Source of the DNA: Amoebidium appalachense
Taxonomy: Eukaryota > Protista > Ichthyosporea
Assembly (NCBI GenBank): GCA_963693365.1
Contig: CAVNZM010000061.1
Span: 1-22,874, forward strand
DNA length: 22,874 nt
Reading direction: 5' to 3'
Positions within the stretch are counted from its first letter, which is position 1. The number at the start of each line of letters is the position of its first letter. The notes beneath the pieces are model-generated. The model saw only the letters and a list, made by a program, of their open reading frames with translations, did no database searches and was not told the DNA's origin. Position numbers and translations under genes: made by a program. This document shows, one piece after another, positions 20,743-22,874 of this stretch.

Positions 20743-21304
20743 GCGCGCGCGCGCGCACAGGCACACACACTCACACATGCACACTGCACACACACACACA
20801 CACACAGGCGCGCACACACAGGCACGCACACACACACACGCGCACACCTACACAACACACACAGCACATGCACACACAAGCGCACACACGCACACACACT
20901 GTTATCCCTGATCATGATGCCCCCTCCCCCCCTCCCTCTTCCCCCCCGCGCACCCCCCCCCTCCCCCCCCCCCCCCCCCCCCCCCCCCACCCCACCCACC
21001 CACCTACAAAGACGAAAACGTTTATCTGTGTTCCAGACCGTGTGCGCTCTACTCCTCTCCCCTCTCCCGCACACATTGAGCCCCCCCCCCCCCCCCCCCC
21101 CTGTGCATGCAGGAACGCACACATATGCATACGTGCGCATACATCATATATATGGCGGTTGAGTCACAACCCATTTGCAAACCACACACGTGTGCACGCA
21201 TGGACGTCGCGCACACACACAACGGCACACACACATAAATGCTCGCGCGCTCACAGCACACATACACACACACTCACTCACAAACACGCACACACACACA
21301 CACA

Positions 21305-21341
<37 letters not shown>

Positions 21342-21433
21342 TCTCTCTTCTCTTTCTCTTTCTCTCTCTCTCTTTCTCTTTCCCTCTTTCTCTGATCTGT
21401 CTCTCTCTCTCCCTCTTCCTTCTCTCTCTCTCT
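20693..21433. repeat. Compound simple-repeat region: (CA)n(CG)n, poly-C, (CA)n(CT)n
   Basis: Directly visible. Confidence 0.92.
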
Positions 21434-21735
21434 AGTAGTGGCAAGTGGAAAGAAAAAATAGGTGATACCCCACTTGGTTTTTTTCTTCTCAATTTTGTCT
21501 AAATCTCATCATGATAGGGTATTTTTGGTTTACGTATACACTTGGCTCAGCTTGCATGTACGGGAAACACAAGTTAAGCATGTTAAAAACGATACACTGA
21601 CATATTTCAACCTGTTGACTATCAGTATGCATCATGGGCTTAGTGATTACGACCCCGTCTCAACATTGACATCGTAAAAACCAATAAACTATCTGATCCA
21701 AATCACAATGGAACCCAATATCGTGCCCCCCCCCC

Positions 21736-21791
<56 letters not shown>

Positions 21792-22169
21792 TATGGAACT
21801 TTCATGGTGTTACACGGAACTATTTAAAAAAAAACAAAAAAAAACAAAACTCATATACTCTTTGAACTCGCAAAGAACCAATCCCTAATACTTGTACATG
21901 TATTGCATACACAAATATACTCGCACATATACATACACACATTCACTTTAATCTTTCAGGCTACATTTGCAATATACTGGCATTTATTATGCACATTCGA
22001 TAGAATTCGTTGTGAACCCCCCCCCCCCCCCCCCCCCCCCCCCTCCCCTCCTCCTCGTTCCCCCCATATGCAATGGGGATAATATTGTTTCCCGCTATTA
22101 ATTAAAAAATCACCGTTCTAACTTCCTAAGACCGAACCACTTGTAACACCGACAGTTTCGGTTGTGTGG

Positions 22170-22203
<34 letters not shown>

Positions 22204-22269
22204 ACCCACCACCACCTTACCAATATTGTAGGTGTACACTGCCCCCACAACCCCAACTGTGTGCTGAAT

Positions 22270-22874
22270 ATCCCGTGCTAGGAAACCAATAACGTGAAAG
22301 TAACACATGCCGCATGATATATTATATATATGGTACAAGGGTGGTTTCAATCCGGGCTACAATGTTGTGTTTTTTTCGTGTGACCCTCGTACTCCAGAGG
22401 CACATTCACCATCCCCCCCATAAACTTTGTGGTAAATGTCTCGTGCTAGAAGCTGTTCTGTGGGTAGTTATTGAAAAAACCAATAATGTCTAGGTAACAC
22501 ATGGACATATACTATGCTACAAGGGGGGTCTATTCGAGCTACAACATTGTGTTTTTTCGTGTGACCCTCGTACTCCAGGGGCACATTCACCATCCCCCCC
22601 ATAAACGTTTTGGTAAATTTCTCGTGCTAGAGGCTGTTCTGTGCGTAGTTATTGAAAAAACCAATAATGTCTAGGTAACACACGGACATATACTATGCTA
22701 CAAGGGGGGTTCTATACGAGCTACAACGTTGTGTTTTTTTCGTGTGACCCTCCGACTCCAGGGGCACATTCACAATCCCCCCCATAAACTTTGTGGTAAA
22801 GTTCTCGTGCTAGAAGCTGTTCTGTGGGTAGTTATTGAAAAAACCAATAATGTCTATAGCTAGGTAACACATGT
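22270..22874. repeat. ~181-183-bp tandem satellite, about 3 copies plus a degenerate lead-in, running off the right edge
   Basis: GTGACCCTC at 22380, 22561 and 22744; shared GGCACATTCAC, CTCGTGCTAG and GAAAAAACCAATAATGTCTA blocks; deleted partial copy at 22270-22335. Confidence 0.95.

Overview
Eukaryotic, repeat-rich genomic window. The main feature is a complete + strand gene for the fused glutaminase/cyclase imidazole glycerol phosphate synthase (HIS7/hisHF): 13 coding exons at 7745-18911 splice by hand into a 539-aa protein, with a probable extra 5' UTR intron. An intact histidine-pathway gene with no transit peptide argues against an animal, plant or green alga; a fungus-like or unicellular opisthokont protist is my inference. 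The most unusual signal is that three introns (7, 8 and 10) begin with minisatellites whose unit is the exon end plus the splice donor itself (42 nt x8, 43 nt x14, 26 nt x6). Intron 11 carries decayed copies of its exon end. Acceptors are G-rich and mostly lack polypyrimidine tracts. The promoter has two Gcn4/AP-1-type sites. Upstream (1-6802) is a cluster of apparently intronless orphan genes separated by tandem arrays: a 201-codon minus-strand ORF missing from the ORF track, a proline-rich coiled-coil gene, a possible 2-TM ORF and a double C3H zinc-finger gene. This cluster may be mobile-element or viral cargo. A ~181-bp satellite runs off the right edge. Most ORFs in the track are microsatellite artefacts.
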